From Azolla caroliniana (lineage: Eukaryota; Plantae; Polypodiophyta): a DNA stretch of 64,000 bases. Each line of letters starts with the position of its first letter. Positions within the stretch are counted from its first letter, which is position 1. The stretch covers positions 15,376,001 through 15,440,000 of the forward strand of contig JBHGNT010000006.1 of the NCBI GenBank assembly GCA_043228905.1, written 5' to 3'. The notes below the pieces were generated by a model. The model made no database searches. It saw only the letters and a program-made list of their open reading frames with translations, and was not told the DNA's origin. This document shows, one piece after another, positions 35,401 through 47,499 of the stretch. Made by a program: the position numbers and the translations under genes.

Positions 35401-38400
35401 CGGAAAGTGTTCGATGACCGTCACCGGAAAGGTAACGAAAATATGTTCGAAATCGGAAAGCCGGTGCTAGTATTCCAAACGAGGATGGCCAAGATGCCGG
35501 GTAAACTCCGGTTCAGATGGACAGGCCCGTATTGGCTGACAAGGGAATACAACGGGTCCTATCAGATAGGGACACTTGCCGGTGAAGTACTAGGCAAGTG
35601 GGTGAACGGATTTCGACTAAAGCCCTATAAAGGACCGATGCCAAAGAACCCGTTTATGCAGCAAACCGGCACTATACCGGGAACCTGTCCGGGATCGGTA
35701 CGGATCGATCCGGAAGAAAAAGACGACGGGGAACCCGTAGCAGAGACGAAGGAAGACACGGCAACCCATAAGGAAAACGGCGCCAAAACGCACAAAGAAG
35801 AAGCAGAACGCATGGAGACCTTTTCATTTCGTGAGCCAAGAAGCACAGAAGCACCAAGACAGTGGAAGCTGAGCAAACGCGAACCTGCACGCAGAGAATC
35901 CCCACGTTCAGAACGCTCTCTCTCTCGTCCTCACTCTCATCACCACTCTACCTCGCCATCTTTCCTCGACCTCGAAGCAGACATGGAACCACAAACGTTG
36001 TCGGAAGCGGCCAGGAAATGGTTCAGACAACACGGACTGGAGGGGTTCTTGGCCATCATGGAAGCACCACCGCACAGAGAAGCCGACCAGGTCATCAAGG
36101 AGCTCGACAAGGAAGTCATCACCGAGGAAGCGATCCGTGCGCTAACAGGCCTTCCGGAGGGAGGAATTTTTCAGATTGATAATCCAACCTCGGAGCAACT
36201 CACCCGATATTTCGGTGAGTACTCTGTTGCCGGCAAAGGCTATCGGACGCAGGGCGGCGAAGATCCGCTATTCAGGGAGATAGCTCAAGTGCTCCATGAG
36301 TACGGTCACGTGTACCCCCGACCCCCTGTCATGCCAAAAAATCGGGCAGGGATGATCATAGCCACCTATGAAGGGGTCAAGGTGGACTGGCCGGTGTTGA
36401 TTGCAGACGGTTTGTGCACGGCAATCGACATGGTACGAGGAAAGGACGGCAAGGAGGGCCGGAAGCTGTAGCACGCCGTAGCTCAATGGATAACATTGCT
36501 CGTGCCGCCGGTCGAGACCGTCCAGCCAAAGAAGCGGCCAAGAGTATCGGAAGGAAGCACCTCGAAGCCGGCGTCCAAACGACAACAGCTGCTGGGAAGA
36601 AAGGGAAGAAACGGGTCCCAGAACCGGAGGAGGTGTCACCGGTCCGACCCGTCAAGATAACCTTACGGCGACCGGGACAGAAGGAACCGGAACCCTTGAC
36701 GGCACAGAAACATGCCGTGACACAGGAAGAGGAAACGGAGGAGCCAGAAGAGTACCTCCAACGACGGTCAAGAAGTAGGACCGCCGAGACAGGAGGGGAG
36801 CGGTCGTACCCGCGAGAGGCAGAAACGCCCCCAACTCAACCTGAGCAAACCACAAGGGAAGAACCGGAACCGGTGCGTAGGAACCGGTCTTGTCGACTTC
36901 TATAGAAGAAGTCAGTCCAACGGCTCCGGAGACGGCGAGAACCGGAACTCAACAGCCGGCGAGCCCAGCCAGAGCACACGGCCGCCAAGGAGTAGAACCA
37001 GAACGGCATATGCAGGCAATCAGGCCAGACAATTCCACAGTGAATGAACCGACCCGACCAGTACAGCAACAAGGCACCAGTAGCATGTGGCTACGGTGGG
37101 TAGGCGAGCAAATCGCCGGAGTGGTCGAGTATATAGAGGCGGAAGAGAGAGCACACCAGGAACGGTTGCTCGTCACAACCGTAGATCTAGAGACGGCCCG
37201 GTCCAGAATCCGGAGCCTTGAACAAGACTTGGACAGGGTCACAAGGGAAATGGCTCAAGTGGCTTTGACAACACAAGTCCAAGCACCGGTGACTCCGGGC
37301 AATGTACAGAATAAAGCGGCAGATCAACCTGTACATAGCAATCAGACCCCGGCAACGGAAACCGTTCCGGAGAGAAATGCGGCACAAGCCCAAGAGCTTG
37401 CGGATTTAAAGGATGAGCTTGCTGCCCAAGAAGCGCTGAGGAGCCGCGAAAGAGAATTGAAGACGGCAGCGGAGGCAGAACTCAAAAAGACTGCTGAGAA
37501 TCTACGCCGGGCCGAGGAGAGCTTACGGAAAGGCCACCAAGCGTACGACCGGCTCAAGGAGGAGAAGGAGAAAATGCTGCAAGAGAAGGAGAGGCTCCGG
37601 AGGAACGCCGAAACAGAAGTAGAGCGCCTAAAAGAGGAACTCCGGCAGGTAAAGGACCGGGAGGACCGGAACCATCGCCAGATCAACGGCAAGCTCAAAC
37701 AAAAAACGGAGGAATTTGAGCAATTGCACCGGGAGTATAAACGGTTGCAAACGGAGCACAAGGAACGGACGGATGAGCTCCGGCAAGCAGTTGATCGGAC
37801 CGCAACCGCATTCGCCAAGGAACAAGCGGAAAACAGAAGACGGTTGGAAGAGGCGGAGAAGGTTCGGACAGAGCTCCGCAGGCAACAGCAGGCGGAAAAA
37901 GAAAGAGCGGCGGAGGTACTGCAGAGGCTGCAAACGACATATCAAGGGCAGCTGACGCGCTACAGGGAGCAGGCGGAGGATACGGCAAATCTCATCAAGC
38001 AGTTGAAGGAGGAGCGACAAGTGGTGGAAAGCAGAGCACAAATGGGAGCAAGTCGCATCCAGGATATAATGCGGGCCTGGTTGAACCAGACCAAGAGCTT
38101 GATTGACAACGGGTCCATCAAATGGTGGACCAAGTGGGCCACGAACGCGGCGGAACTCCAATTGCTCCGGGCTGACGTAGAGAACCGGCGGAAGGAGGGA
38201 GATGATTGCTATATGCTGAATTCTGAAGATTTCACCGGCATAAGAGATGAGCTTGCCGAAGACTTTCAAGCCTTGGCAGAGGACCAACTAGAGCAAGTCC
38301 GGCAACTTGTAGCTCAGCTGGACGACGACAGGCTGGAGGCGCAGATCCAGTTTGAAAGCTACGAGAGGTCCCGGATCCGGGGAGAGAAAGAACGAGAACC

Positions 38401-39115
38401 AGTTACGGTCAACCTCAGTGATGAGGAACCGTTACTGGAAGGAGACCGGACCGGAAGCAGACAAACGGAGCAGCCGGAGTCAGCGAAACAAACGGAGCAG
38501 CAGCAGCAAGTAGAGCAGCCGGAGCAGCCTCAGTCCCAACCGCAACCACAGCAGCAGCAGCAAGCACAGCCGCAGCAACCACAACCGGAAGAACAAGTGG
38601 AAATTCTTGAACAAAGTATTTTGGACAATTTGGGTGAACAATGAAGGGGCCGAGAAGGGTTCGACGTACAAGGTACTGTCCCACGGGCGTGCCATGTGTT
38701 ACCGGCCGGCAAGGAGTCCAAAATACGGAGTGAAGGAATTAATTAGATATGGTTGTAAATGAGCATAGTGTGGACGGACGGACTGGAAACGGTATGCCGT
38801 TCCAGATCCGGACGGATCCCGAATAGGTGCGAGAGGCACCGTTTTGTACTACGGGCCGGAAACCTATTTAAAGGCCCGGACCCCATTGTAATGACAGCGG
38901 ATAATTAATAGAGCTTATGATGTTTGTACTTCTGTCTTGATTTCCGTTCTGTAATTATTGTTATATCTTACGCGTGTAATTAACCAAAGCATTCTAATCG
39001 TGTAACCTACGTAAGTCGGTATAATCGTTGAATCTTAATCCTATGCCGTAACCACCCTTTGGTGAAGTGTCTCCGTGACACCTTGTGTTAGGCCTTGTCC
39101 GGCTAGAGAATAACA
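29477..39115 (+). mobile_element. Ty3/gypsy element B, second copy of family A
   Basis: 419-bp LTRs 29477-29895 and 38697-39115 with about 3 mismatches seen; TSD AAGAG. Confidence 0.95.
29947..38644 (+). pseudogene. gag-pol of B fused in frame to the extra ORF
   Basis: Stop at 30862, then a 1853-aa frame running through the pol/extra-ORF junction at 35779/35780. Stop at 36469 and frameshifts near 36595 and 36880. Confidence 0.9.
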
Positions 39116-42100
39116 AAGAGAAGGCGAATCCGAAGCATTCTCAGCACTGGAATCGGATTCGGAAGGGGGTTACAGCGCGCATACGAACTATCGTAGCAGT
39201 AACGACACCTCAGGAGGACCGGAGGACCGGAGGACGAGGAGTCGGATACTTTACCGACACCAGAACCAGAGTGTGCAGACCAAGAACTTCCAGCACTCGT
39301 CGTGGAGCAACCTCCAGCACTCGTCGGGGAGCAACCTCCGGAGACGGAAGTACACCGGCAAAAACCTCCAACACCGGAAGTCGAGCCGGAAACACCAATG
39401 GAAAACCGGCAAAGACCTCAGACGCCGGCGGAACAGCAGGAAAGACTACCAACACCACCAGAACGCGTACCGACACCGGACGACGATATGTCATTCCAAT
39501 ACTCCAAGTATCGGGATGACCCGGACGCGGAGGCTCATGTTCACGCATTTGAACAACCATGGGAAGCAAACCATGTGTCACAACGGTTAACCGCGGTAGA
39601 AGAAGAACGATCTAAGATAGCCGAATTCGGCGTGACATTAGAAGGACCGGCCGCCAGATGGCACCGGACGCAGGATCACAGCACCATCACCACCTTTGCG
39701 GACCTGAAAGACAAATTCTTGCACTTCTTCCAGAAGGAGGTGGATCAGCGAGAAATGGTGGGCTTATTTTACACAATTTGGCAGGACCCTGGCGAGAGCA
39801 TCCCACAATTTGTCATCCGGTTTCAACGGATGCACAATCAGCTTACCCGCGCACCTCCGGAGGAAGAAATGCGGGCTATATTTTTAGCCGCGCTCCGGGA
39901 ACCTCTACGAATGGTATGCACGGTCATTGACTTTCGCACAAGCACCGTCGACCAAGTCATCGACCGGGTTCGAGAAATGGAGAAAACGAGCTCTTGGCTA
40001 ACAATGGGAGCCCTCCAACGAGCATTACCAACCGATAAGGATCTCCGTTTCCGGCAAGCAATCCAATCCATGACTTGCTTGAATTCCGGACACTCGTCAC
40101 TGGAGTGCACCATGAGGACACACTGCTTACTCTGCCAATCTACGAGCCACATGATGGACTGGTGCGAATATAACTTATTGAATCGGCAAGCTCCACCAGT
40201 CCGGTAAATCGAGCCACGTAGCAGCCGAGACGAAGAAGACGAACGCTGGCGACGAGAGGAGCAATATCGACCGGCACAAGATGTTTGGTACGACAATCGG
40301 CGAGACAACTACGACCGGTACGAGAGATACGACAAGTACCGAGAATACAATGGACGGTACGAGCATCACAACCGGGATCACTCCCTTGGGTATCACCAAC
40401 GACGGGAAGAGTACTGGAGGTATGACAACCAACCCCGGCAAGGGTACCGCAACAAAAAGAACTTTAATAAAAAATGGCATTTCAAAAACGGGAGCCACCC
40501 ACGTGAACCGGAAAAAGGCGCCTCAAGCAGCCAACCAGACCAGAGCCCCGCGGTTACCACAAGTCCTCCACCGGGTACAAGAAACAATGCCGAGTCCAGC
40601 AACACCCGGAAAGCATATTGCTATTACTGCCTGCAAGAAGGACATTATAGTAATCAATGTCCGGCAAAAAGCTACGATAAGCGACCGGCAGTAAACATGG
40701 TAGTCGCCGAAGTCGCAGACCTCCAGCAGGTCACCACAAAATCGAAGGGGAAGACTACGGAATGGGAGACACAAGAGGCCATCCGGAAACAAGCAACGGA
40801 ATGGGTAAAAAAGGCCAATGAGCGAAACGTAGTTGAACTTGTACAACAGAAGGAGAACACCGAAGAGCTCGCCGAAAGCAGTTAGTCCGAAAACGCGACA
40901 TGGCAAGTATTGCAGGAATGCCAGATCATGTTGCCGTTGGGACGACTCTTGCAGCTAGTACCAAGATTCACAGAAGGACTCAAGGAAGGCATGACGACAG
41001 GCGGAACACCACCGGCTCCGGCATTCTTTTGAAATCCGGAGGAGGGACCGGCCGTGGTGGACACCAACAGTCCGGCAAATACGGCCATTGTGAAAGGGAA
41101 AGAACTCCCCGGCACAATAATAGACGGAGGCTCCAGCGTTAATGTAATCAGCCTCTGGACATGCGATGCTCTTGGAATCTGAGAGTGGGAGCCATGTCTG
41201 TTCTGGCTCCGAATGGCTAACACAAGTTCAGTGCGACCGACAGGATTAATACGAAATTTGGAAGTAACCATCGGGGGCCACACATTCCGAATCTCAGCCG
41301 TAGTTCTTCAGTTGCAGGCTCAAGCAGCGTACCCATTATTGTTGGGACGACCTTGGTTAAAAACGGCACATATCAAGCAAAACTGGAGGAGGAATATGAT
41401 TACGTTCCGGCGAGGAAAAGCGAAGGTACGGGTACCAACACAACAAAGGAAGGGCACCGGCAAGGACCTGACACCGTTATATGCGGAGTGTGTCAATGTG
41501 TTGGAGGGATTAGCAGACGAAGAAGAAGAGCAGTACTTGCTGGAGAACCCGAAGATTGTACCCCTCTTTGAAATTGACGTCGCGGAGGCGGTATCACCCT
41601 ACTTACTGCAACCGGACGAAACCGAAGCAGAAACGGATAAAGAAGCAATCCGGGAGTTACGGCATGCGCAAGAGGTGTTGGAAAGGGAAATGGCCGTATC
41701 CCAGCGCGTAAAAGCATCCCCATTAGAAGAAGTAAATCTAGGAACGGCGGAGGAGGCAAAACCGGTGCACATCGGCAAAGAAATGAATGCAGAGAACAAA
41801 ACGGCGATAATTACACTCCTCAACGAGTTTCGCGACGTCTTTGCCTGGTCATACGAGGATATGAGAGGCCTGGATCCTCGGTTGTATCAGCACTAGATAC
41901 ATCTAAGCAAAGACGCCAAGCCGGTGGCACAATGTCGGTACCGGATGAACCCACACTATGCCGCCAAAGTTAAGGAGGAGATCGACAAATTACTGAGGGT
42001 CAGCTTCATCCGTCCCGTAAAGAAATCTACATGGTTGAGCCCGATTGTAGTCCTACCGAAAAAGAACGGAAAAATTAGAGTTTGTGTCGACTACCGGAAG

Positions 42101-45100
42101 CTCAATGCATCAACGGTAACGGATGCATTTCCACTTCCGTTTACAAAGGGAGTTTTGGATGCCGTCGCCGGCCATGAAGTCTACAGTTTCTTAGACGGAT
42201 TCAGCGGGTATAATCAGATCCGGATGCACCCTGAGGATCAAGAGAAAACGGCTTTTGTCACCGAATGGGGAGTGTTTGTTGCGGTGGTAATGATGTTCGG
42301 GCTGAAAACGACACCAACAACATTCCAACAGATCATCATGGAGATCTTTGGCGAATACATACCGGCTTTTATGCAGGTGTTCCTTGACGACTTCACCGTC
42401 TATAGTAGAGAAGAAGATCATTTGCAGCATCTCAGACTATGTCTAGAGAAGTGTAGGGCGTACCGGCTAAGCCTGAATCCGGCGAAGTGTGTATTTGGAG
42501 TGGCCAGCGGAACGCTACTAGGGCATATAGTAAGTAAGGAAGGCATTGCCGTAGATCCGGACAAAGTGAAAGAAATCCGGGAAGCACTGGCCCCGGCAAA
42601 GGCATTAAGCCGTTTCCTAGGACAAATCCGTTGGCATAGCCATATGCTCCGATATTTGGCAGACCTGGCTACACCTCTGCATACGGTAGTACATCGAACA
42701 CCGTTCCAATGGACCGACATTGAAGACAAGGCCTACCGGGCACTAAAGTTGTTATTGTCACAAGCACCGGTAGTGCAACCTCCCGATTGGAGTAGTGCAA
42801 AGAGAAAAACCCCCACGCATTGAGACCTTCTCCTATCGCGAACCAAGGAGAACAGACGTAGAGTGACACGTGAAGATACATCCCAGAGAGCTTGCACACA
42901 GAGAACCTCCTTCCTCAAAACTTTCTCCCTCACATTCTCCCCACCATCAAACCTCTCCGACGCTCTCCGACCTCGACGCAGAGATGGACTGCCAAACGCT
43001 GTCTGAAACCGCCAAGAAATGGTTACGGCAGCACGGTCTGGAGGGTTTTTTAACGATCATGGAGGCAGCACCACACAAGGAGGCCGAGAAGATTATAAAA
43101 GAAATCGACATAGAGGTGATCACGGAGGAGGCGATCCGTGCGTTAATAGGCCTTCCGGAGGGCGGTATATGCACGATCGACAATCCTACCCCCGAGCAAC
43201 TCATCAAATATTTCAGTGAGTACTCTCTAGCCAGCAAGGGCTATAGGACACAGGGTGGCGAAGATATGCTATTCCGAGAAATTGCCTGTGTGCTCCACGA
43301 GTTTGGCCACGTGTACCCTCGACCCCCCGTCATGCCTCAGAACCGAGCAGGCTTGATCATCGCAACGTACGAAGGGGTCAAGGTAGATTGGCCGGTGCTG
43401 ATCGCTGACGGGCTGTGTACGGCCATTGATATAGTAAGGGGGAAAGGACGGCAAGGAAGGCCGGAAAATATGGCATGCAATGACAAAATGGCTCACCCTG
43501 TTGGCGCCACCGGTCGAGCCCGTCCAAACCAAGAAGCGGGGAAGAACAACGGACGGCACCCCGAAACCTGCTTCGAAACGGCAATAACTGTTGGCTTCCA
43601 AGGCCACTAAGGGGAAGACTGCCGAAGCAAAGAAGGCAGCGAAGGAGCGCGCCAGCCGGAAGCGACCGGCGGACACGCACGAGGAGACACTGGCACGGGC
43701 CTTGAAGAGCCCACTCCACCGACCGGCGCAACAGGAAATGGACACCTTGGCAGCAAGAATGAATGTCGGGACTCAGGCGGAAGAGATGGAGGAAGAACCC
43801 ACGGAGCACCTCCAGCGACGGCCGGTGAAGAGCACCGTAGAATCAGCCGGGAAACATTCGGACCCACAGAAGGATGGAACACCCACAACTCTCGCTGAGC
43901 AACCCACGCCAAGGGAGGCACCAGAACCGGTTCGGATGGAACCGGTCACAAAAGTCCCGGCACAACAGGCAGCACTGGCAAGGCCCGTCAGCCAACAGCC
44001 GGAGATACAAAGGCCAACCGCCCCAGCCGGCCAAGAACAAGCAGACAAGGGGAGACCAGACGAAACACACTCAGAGCCGGAACGGCAAACTGGTCAGCTA
44101 ACAGAACCAGAAGCGCAGCTTGACGCAGAAAGGCGGGACCAGCCACCGACGAGTGAACCCATCAGCCAACTCTCCGTGCAAGCGCAACAACAATGCACCG
44201 GCAGCCAATGGCTCCGGTGGATAGGAGACCAAATTGCCGGAGTAGTCGGATGCATAGAGGCGGAGGAAAGAGCGCAAACGGAACGGTTGCTCGTCACAAC
44301 CGATGAACTGGAGACATCCCGGTCAAGCATCCGGTGCCTGGAACAAGACTTGGATCGGATCACAGGAGATATGGCCAAAATGGCCTTAACCGCAACGCAG
44401 GTCCAAGCACCGGTGACTCCGGTTGATGTACAGAAGAATAAGACCCCGGAGACACAAACGGTCCTGGAGAAAGAGGCGGCACAAGCCCAAGAGCTTGCGG
44501 AATTACGGGATGAGCTAGCCGCACAAGAAGCATTACGGAGCCGCGAACGCGACTTGAAGAAGGCGGCCGAAGAAGAATTAAGAAAGACTGCTGAGAGCCT
44601 TCGTCGGGCAGAGGAAAACCTACGTAAAGGACAGCATGCTTACGACCGGCTGGAGGAAAAAGAGAAAGTGCTGCAGGAAAAAGACAAGCTGCAACGGATG
44701 GCAGAAACGGAAATCGAGCGGCTGAAGGAAGAGCTCCGGCAATAGAAGGACCGGGAGGACCGCGCGCTGTCATGCCTTTCGGCTCCGGATCGTTGCGTGA
44801 GTCGGGTGGGAACCGTTGGGGTTTTGGACTAGGAAGAGGAGAGTTTTAAGGCTAATAAGAATATAAATATGTTGTAAGAAAGAGTTATAGCAAACTCGTG
44901 AATCCCACAAGTGTATTGTATTAGATTAATCAATATGAATATAAGAATATAAACTTCGGTTGAAAGAGAATGATATAGAATTCTCGTGAATCCCACGAGT
45001 ATAGTTTATTAATTGGTGTTTTTTAGAAACATATCTAGTTTCCAAATATTTTTCACACACCTATTACATTGTGCTCCCCATCCTTATGTAGTGATGGGAG

Positions 45101-45364
45101 AGACTAAGCATAGCTACATGCTTTTTTTTTCTAATATGTTCATGCACACTAAATGTGCATGTGATGCTTTTCTAATCCTTGCTTTTATTTGCTAAATATA
45201 GTGCTCATGCACGCTAGATGTGCATGAGTCACTTTTTAGTCGCTTGCGTTTTTCTATAAAATATTCACGCACTCTAAAAATACATGATTTACCTTTTAAT
45301 AAAGGTAGGCGCAAATAAAGCACTTATAGTTATTAAATCTATTTATAAAACACTAAAGATAAGG

Positions 45365-45418
45365 TAGTGTAATGGTAAAGTTGGGGTTTGGCTACGTGGA
45401 GGTACAAGGTTCGAATCC
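45365..45418 (+). promoter_or_regulatory. Pol III-type A and B boxes (tRNA-like module) within the LTR
   Basis: TAGTGTAATGG and GGTTCGAATCC, 32 nt apart, with TTTT downstream. Copies at 48101-48154, about 1875-1928 (-), 51123-51175 and about 50725-50777 (-). Confidence 0.6.
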
Positions 45419-45806
45419 TGCCCTATGCACGTGATAAATATTTTGATATTCTTATTTTATTTATTTATATGTAATTTAATCATTTATATTATTTTTACTT
45501 TTTCACGTAGTGTACGAAATACACTACGACACTCGCCCCCTCCGAACCCGCACATCCTCCGGTATGTGCCGAAGTTGCCGATGCTCGTTGTCTCCCCTTC
45601 ATCCTCCGTTTGTCCCGCTATGTCAACTTTGTCTCTCCATTTTGAGTAGACCCATTCTTTCCACCCGAACCATTGTCGCCATCCGATCCACCATATTCTT
45701 TGTTCATTCTTTGCATTGCCATGAGTGGTTGTCATGGTCCCTTGTGGTACTCTTGAGCATCTCGGTGTGTTGTCTCTCTCCACTCCGCGCTTGTCTTCCG
45801 TAGGTT

Positions 45807-47465
45807 CTACCCACGCGTCGATGTCGACCTCCGATACGCGCTCGCTGTTAGGTCCTTGTGCGGCTTTAATGCATGCTTTATTTCTCGATGTTGCGCATGC
45901 GTCGTATTAGGCCGTAGCGCATGCTTCGTATTCCATCGTAGTGCATGCGTCGTATTACCCCGTAGTGCATGCTTATTTTTGCACCGTAGCGCGTGCTTCT
46001 TTTTGCGCCGTAGCGTGTGCTTCTCTTTACGCCGTAGCACGTGCTTCTTTTGGTGCCGTAGTGCGTGCTTCTTTATTCGCCATAACACGCGTTTCTTTAT
46101 TCGCCGTAGAGCGTGCTCTGTATTACGCGCTTCTCCCGTCGTAGACCCGACCTCCGCATTGTCGCACTTTCTTTTAGATTGGAATTTCGGATGGATCATT
46201 TTCCATCCGAACCGACTTCCGACTTTACCTTCCTCGCCGCCATCTCCCGTCTCTCCGGTCTCACGTTGGTTCTCGGACACAACCGCCGAAGTCTCTAGAT
46301 ATTGTTGGCATGAATCCTCGGTATTACCTTCTTTCGTAGTTTCACCCTTAGCATTCTTCTCGGCTATCTCTTCATCGTATTCGTCGGCTTCGACATTCGT
46401 TTTCTCTCCGCCACCTTCCGTCTCTTCGGTCTCACGTTGCCTTTCGATCGCAACCGCCGGAGTCTCTGGAATCAGTGGTGGGGAAGTCTCGATATGGCAA
46501 TCCGCCATTGATTCGTCCATAGCCACCTCCGATTCGATTTCGTCTTTTGTGGCTACCTCCTTAATCACATCCGCTTCACACTCTTTATCTGCATCAATTA
46601 TGCAAACATCTATTATGCTTACCCCTTTTTGACCCGATGTCTCGGGCACTTGTATCCCGAAATTTCCTTCTACACTTGAATTATCGGCCTTATCCTTCGC
46701 CATCGTTCTTTCACAAGACGAGTGGGTGTCTTGTTCCACTCTTTCTCCCGTGGTACCATCATGTTGTATTTCGGCCTTCATATTGGCTTCATCGTTTTTC
46801 CTCAATCGACCATCCTTCATGGGCCATGTCGTTGTTGACGAGATTCTCAGCTTCCTTTCATCATGTCTTCGGCATACCCTTTCGACTTTGGCCCAATCCT
46901 CGGTAAGGCCGTTCGCACCATCATCATCTTCGAGTTCGATCCCAATGTCCATCCTTTCTTTCCGATCGATCGATCTTACGAACATTAAGACTTTATCTTC
47001 TCCCACCAATCTTCGTTCCCGCTCCGAGAGTCGAGCAAAACGATGCTCGAACTCTAGGAACGCTTGCGTTGCACTTCGGTGAGTCTTCTTCGACGCCACC
47101 CATTCGTCGAATTCTCGTCGATCTCGTCCCGTCCATCTCTCATAGTCATATGCCTCCCGTAAAGCTTCTTCAAAGGACTCCCATGTCGAGTTTTGTTGTT
47201 GTATCTTGTGGATTCTCTCTTGTAGTTCGTCCGAGGCCACCCAACTGAAGGATATCACTTGGAATCCTTCCGGTATCCCACATCGCACCATCTCCCCTTT
47301 GTAGTCACGTAGATAGCGTGACACATCGTTTCCGTTGAATTGTCCGTTTCGTTGTACGAGCCGCTTTACTGCCCCCGTGATCTCCGACATCGCTCGTTGT
47401 TCTTGTAGCATCCGCTCGAACATCATCATCATCGTTATGCTCATTTCCTCTTGTTGATTCTCCAT
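45807..47465 (-). CDS. Gag-like protein (552 aa) with acidic middle and C-terminal basic octapeptide repeats
   Basis: Intact ORF starting just after the PBS. Capsid-like N-terminus (GQFNGNDVSRYLRDY...WESFEEALREAY). Eleven xKHALRxx repeats; no CCHC knuckle. Confidence 0.75.
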   Translation of the reverse strand: MENQQEEMSITMMMMFERMLQEQRAMSEITGAVKRLVQRNGQFNGNDVSRYLRDYKGEMVRCGIPEGFQVISFSWVASDELQERIHKIQQQNSTWESFEEALREAYDYERWTGRDRREFDEWVASKKTHRSATQAFLEFEHRFARLSERERRLVGEDKVLMFVRSIDRKERMDIGIELEDDDGANGLTEDWAKVERVCRRHDERKLRISSTTTWPMKDGRLRKNDEANMKAEIQHDGTTGERVEQDTHSSCERTMAKDKADNSSVEGNFGIQVPETSGQKGVSIIDVCIIDADKECEADVIKEVATKDEIESEVAMDESMADCHIETSPPLIPETPAVAIERQRETEETEGGGEKTNVEADEYDEEIAEKNAKGETTKEGNTEDSCQQYLETSAVVSENQRETGETGDGGEEGKVGSRFGWKMIHPKFQSKRKCDNAEVGSTTGEARNTEHALRRIKKRVLWRIKKHALRHQKKHVLRRKEKHTLRRKKKHALRCKNKHALRGNTTHALRWNTKHALRPNTTHAQHREIKHALKPHKDLTASAYRRSTSTRG

Positions 47466-47481
47466 CTCCTTGCCACCCGCC

Positions 47482-47499
47482 TTCACGTCGGGTTCACCA
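47482..47499 (-). promoter_or_regulatory. tRNA-Trp primer-binding site
   Basis: Minus strand TGGTGAACCCGACGTGAA, 4 nt from the LTR; complementary to the plant tRNA-Trp 3' end as recalled. Confidence 0.8.

Noticed and set aside
45358-45430. Functional tRNA gene
   Set aside because: Acceptor and anticodon stems do not pair; kept only as A/B boxes.
45858-46125. Possible CRISPR-like array, also 51630-51830
   Set aside because: Degenerate tandem units without identical repeats and unique spacers; plant context, no cas genes.
45856-46632. 258-aa + strand Cys-rich repeat ORF
   Set aside because: Antisense shadow of the 24-nt repeats in the gag-like ORF.
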